Shown piece after piece: positions 60,436 to 64,000 of a stretch of 64,000 nucleotides of DNA. The notes beneath the pieces were generated by a model that saw only the letters and a list, made by a program, of their open reading frames with translations, made no database searches and had not been told where the DNA came from. Position numbers and translations under genes: made by a program. The stretch is from an uncultured Phycisphaerales bacterium (GTDB taxonomy: Bacteria > Planctomycetota > Phycisphaerae > Tepidisphaerales > Tepidisphaeraceae), in assembly GCA_963755915.1 (NCBI GenBank), contig CAVWLP010000002.1:992001-1056000 (forward strand). The letters run 5' to 3'. The stretch's first letter is position 1, and the number at the start of each line of letters is the position of its first letter.

Positions 60436-61635
60436 ATGAAGTTATACGACAAGGTAGTTCAGGTAGGGCTGGACGTCCATCGGAAGTTCTCGTCCGCCAG
60501 TCTGCGCGACGCTTCCGGGAAGGTCATTGCTCGCGAACGCCTGGATCACCTGGATCGCCAAAAGCTTCGAGAGCGAATCGCTCAGTGGCCGCGAGGCACG
60601 CCGGTGATCCTGGAAGCGACATTTGGCTGGGGATGGCTCAGCGATGAGTTGCAGATTTTGAACATGCAGCCCCACCTGGCCTCGAGCCGCAAAGTGGCGG
60701 CATGGCGGGAAGGACGCGGGATCGCCAAGAGCAACAAGGTCGATGCCGACCTGCTCAGTGAACTCTGGAACGAAAAACCGATATTTAAGCGAGGCATCAT
60801 GAAGCGCTGGTGGGAAGTCTGGCTGGCCCCACGCGAGATTCGTGATCAGCGGGAGCTGCTGCGCCATCGGATGACCCTCGTTCAGGCTCAAACGCAGTTG
60901 AAAAATCGCATTCACGCGACGCTGCACCGCCATGGAATCGTCAGCGAGCTCACCGACCTCTTCGGTGTGCAGGGCCGGCGTTTCCTGTCGCTGCTCACCG
61001 AGGACAAGACCCTGAGCCTCTCAGGACGCCAGACGCTCAAGGAAGATCTCATGCTGCTGGATTCTCTGCGTCGCCTGATCGCACGGGCCACCCGCCGGTT
61101 CCGCGCGACCATGAAACGATCGGAGATCGGCCAGCGCCTGATGACCGTGCCGGGCATCTCCACCGTGCTGGGATATACGCTGGTCGCCGAGATCGGCCGA
61201 ATCGATCGTTTCTCCTCCAGTCGATGCCTGCTCCAATACAGCCTGCTGGCGCCGCAGGCCGACGACAGCGGAGAAGATCGCGATGCCAAGCCCATCGGCC
61301 GCCGACTTGGTCACGCCGGTCGCACTACCCTTCAGTGGGCCTTTATTCAGGCCGCCCACTCGGCAGTGCAAAGGGACGCTTTTTTGCGAGAACTTTTCAA
61401 TCGCCGTACCAACAACGGCAAACAGGACCGCGGTCGCGGCTACATCACCGTCGCCAACCGCATATGTCGGATCGTCTATTCAATGTGGAACAACAACCAG
61501 GATTATCAGGAGGTGCCGCCCCCAAGACCGGGAAGCAAAAGACATAAGGAACTGATCTCGTCCGGAAGTGGGCCAGCCCTGGCTCGAATTGGCCATGAGC
61601 CCGAAGCAATTCAGGCTCGAGAGGCCACGTTATAA
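60436..61635 (+). CDS. IS110-family DEDD transposase/recombinase
   Basis: VGLDVH, ILEAT, KSNKVDA, LRHRMTLV...KNRIH, LMTVPGI, AEIG.IDRF, LAP....SG. AAGGAG RBS. Confidence 0.95.
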   Translation: MKLYDKVVQVGLDVHRKFSSASLRDASGKVIARERLDHLDRQKLRERIAQWPRGTPVILEATFGWGWLSDELQILNMQPHLASSRKVAAWREGRGIAKSNKVDADLLSELWNEKPIFKRGIMKRWWEVWLAPREIRDQRELLRHRMTLVQAQTQLKNRIHATLHRHGIVSELTDLFGVQGRRFLSLLTEDKTLSLSGRQTLKEDLMLLDSLRRLIARATRRFRATMKRSEIGQRLMTVPGISTVLGYTLVAEIGRIDRFSSSRCLLQYSLLAPQADDSGEDRDAKPIGRRLGHAGRTTLQWAFIQAAHSAVQRDAFLRELFNRRTNNGKQDRGRGYITVANRICRIVYSMWNNNQDYQEVPPPRPGSKRHKELISSGSGPALARIGHEPEAIQAREATL

Positions 61636-61750
61636 TTGGGCCGCCCGCGCCGGATGAGATCATGTGCCGCTCGGCCAAACGCTGTTGATCGGGCCCGGCC
61701 AGCACGAATGGATATATGGACCGCCGAGAGGCCAGTCACCAGCCGGCAGA
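61570..61750 (+). ncRNA. Predicted bridge/seek RNA of the IS1111-type element
   Basis: Two stem-internal loop-stem units carrying segments that match the target flanks (61581-61589, 61630-61634) and the circle junction (61654-61660, 61708-61714). Confidence 0.75.
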
Positions 61751-61934
61751 CGGACGAAGAGGTCTCGGAATGAAAAAGAAGTAACCGCTTTTCGCGAGGA
61801 GAATTTTTTTGTTGATCGGGGAAGCCTTTCATGGATATTCGAGCCCCCGCCTCTTCTCGTCACCCAGACCGTAACCGAAAATACTCTTCCTTCTTCTCGA
61901 TCTAAATGTCTGACGATCTCGCCCGCCTATTCAT

Positions 61935-64000
61935 TTACGCAATCTTCTGCCGCGTCTCCCGCCGCTCTTCACCCAGCTTCGGCCCCAAATACTCCCCCGT
62001 ATAACTCCCTCTCACCTGCGCCACCTCTTCCGGCGTCCCCGCCGCCACCACTCGCCCGCCCCCCTCGCCCCCTTCCGGACCCATATCAATAATCCAATCC
62101 GCGCACTTAATCACATCCAAATTATGCTCGATCACCAGCACCGTATTCCCCAAATCCGCCAGCCGATTCAGCACGTTCAAAAGATTATTGAATATCCGCA
62201 AAATGCAACCCCGTCGTCGGCTCATCCAGCACATAAAGCGTATGCCCCGTCGCCGATTTCCCCAGCTCCGTCGCCAGCTTCACCCGCTGCGCCTCCCCGC
62301 CGGATAAGTTGCGTGCTCGGCTGCCCCAGCTTCACATAACTGAGCCCCACATCATTCAGTGCCTTCAGCAAGCTGCGCAATCCGCGGAAAATTCTCAAAG
62401 AAAACCAGCGCCTCCTCCACCGTCATGCTCAGCACATCCGCGATGTTCTTCCCCCGGTAATGAATCTCCAGCGTCTCCGCGTTGTACCGCGTCCCATGGC
62501 ACACTTCGCAATCCACATAAACATCCGGCAAAAAATGCATCTCGATGCACTTGTTCCCCTGCCCCTGGCAGGCTTCGCACCGCCCACCCTTCACGTTAAA
62601 GCTGAACCGCCCCGCTTCATACCCCCGAATCTTCGCTTCCCGCGTCTTCGCAAAAACCTTGCGAATATCGTCGAACACGCCGGTATACGTCGCCGGATTC
62701 GATCGCGGCGTCCGCCCGATCGGGCTCTGATCAATCTCAATCACCTTGTCGATCTTATTGACCCCATTCACCGCCTTATGCACCCCCGCCTTCACCTTCG
62801 AAGCATAAAGCTTCCGCTTAAGCACCGGCAAAAGCGTCTGATTCACCAGCGTCGATTTCCCCGACCCGCTCACCCCCGTCACGCAAACCAGCCCCCCCAG
62901 CGGAATCCGCACGTCGATATCCTTGAGATTGTTCTGCCGGCACCCCCGCAGCTCCAGCGCATTCTTATCCGGATTCACCGGCCGCCGCGCCTGCGGCGTC
63001 ACGATCGCATATTCCCCCGTCAGATATTTAATCGTCGTACTATGCGTATTCTCCAAAACATCCGGCATCGGCCCCTGCGCACACCACCTGCCCCCCATGC
63101 GCCCCGCCGCCGGCCCGATATCGATCAGATAATCCGCCGCCCGGATGCACTCCTCATCATGCTCCACCATCATGACCGTATTCCCGATATCCTGCAGCCG
63201 TCTCAGTGTCCGAATCAGCCGCGTGTTATCGCGCTGATGCAGCCCGATCGTCGGCTCATCGAGCACATAACACACCCCACCAGCCCGCTCCCCACCTGCG
63301 TCGCCAGCCGGATGCGCTGCGCCTCGCCGCCAGAAAGCGTCGCCGTCTTTCGATCCAGCGTCAGATAGCCCAGCCCCACATCCACCATGAACCCCAGCCG
63401 CGACGAAATCTCCCGCACGATCGGCTCCGCGATCGCCGCCCCTTCTTCGCTCAAGCGCAGATTCTCAAAAAACCGCTTCGCCGTCTCGACGGTCAAACTC
63501 GAAACATCATGAATGCTATACCCCGGCAGCTTAATCCCCTCCGCCCCCGGCAGCGGCGCCGCCACCGGCCCAGGCGTATCACTGTGCAACCGCACCGCCA
63601 GCGCTTCCTTCTTCAGCCTCGTCCCCCCGCAAACCTCGCACGGCTGCTCTGACATATATTGATGCAGCCGCGTCTTCACAAACTCGCTCTCGGTATTATC
63701 AAACCGCCTCTGCAAATTCGGCAGCACCCCCTCAAACCACGTCCCCGTCCCTCCATCCCCGCGCTTCTCCGTCCCCTCCATCAAAATCTGCTGAACCTTC
63801 TTCGGAATGTCCTTGAACGGCTGCGTATACGAAATCCCAAAATCCCGGCAAAATTGCCGCAGCACCCGGCTGTAAAAAATATTCATCCGCTTGCCGTTTT
63901 TCCGCCACGCCTCAATCGCCCCGTTCTCCAGCGACAGCGACTGGATCGGGAACGATCAGCTCCGGATCAAACTCGAACTTCGTCCCCAGCCCATGACACG
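61935..64000 (-). CDS. uvrA: Excinuclease ABC subunit A, 3' part, with several frameshifts
   Basis: [79 protein letters not shown]. Confidence 0.95.

Larger units (their letters stand above)
60363..61837 (+). mobile_element. IS110-family element, IS1111 subgroup
   Basis: Sub-terminal perfect IR catgaaaggc (60367-60376) / gcctttcatg (61824-61833), ATA core at both junctions (60360-60362, 61835-61837), long 3' non-coding end. Confidence 0.92.
60292..61895 (+). repeat. Repeat family C, copy 3, split by the IS110 element
   Basis: Left half 60292-60362 and right half 61838-61895 rejoin to ccgcgttttatattcgag, colinear with the empty copies. Confidence 0.9.

Overview
64 kb of high-GC bacterial chromosome, probably a planctomycete of the Phycisphaerae/Tepidisphaera type (inferred from 'ATQP'-type motifs in secreted proteins, an extended ECF sigma factor and the repeat families). 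It is mostly housekeeping: rodA, mrdA, trmB, purH, purQ, pilT-like, moeA, nuoD/E/F, parB with two parS sites, ppk1+CHAD, SWIM-SNF2, ruvCAB and uvrA. About ten genes carry single-base frameshifts that look like long-read assembly errors. The accessory content is five toxin-antitoxin loci or remnants, two ~2 kb lower-GC islands each bounded by an imperfect direct repeat (one encodes a putative HEPN RxxxxH protein), three dispersed repeat families and two insertion sequences. The best finding is an IS110/IS1111-type element (60363-61837). Its 3' region has four short segments matching its own target site and circle junction, arranged as two internal loops like a bridge/seek RNA. It sits inside a ~125 bp repeat whose two empty copies lie in the same window. 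An IS481 is nested in a palindrome inside a REP, another REP copy is translated in frame within a glycosyltransferase, and an unannotated 24-aa basic peptide gene with a strong RBS precedes ppk1.
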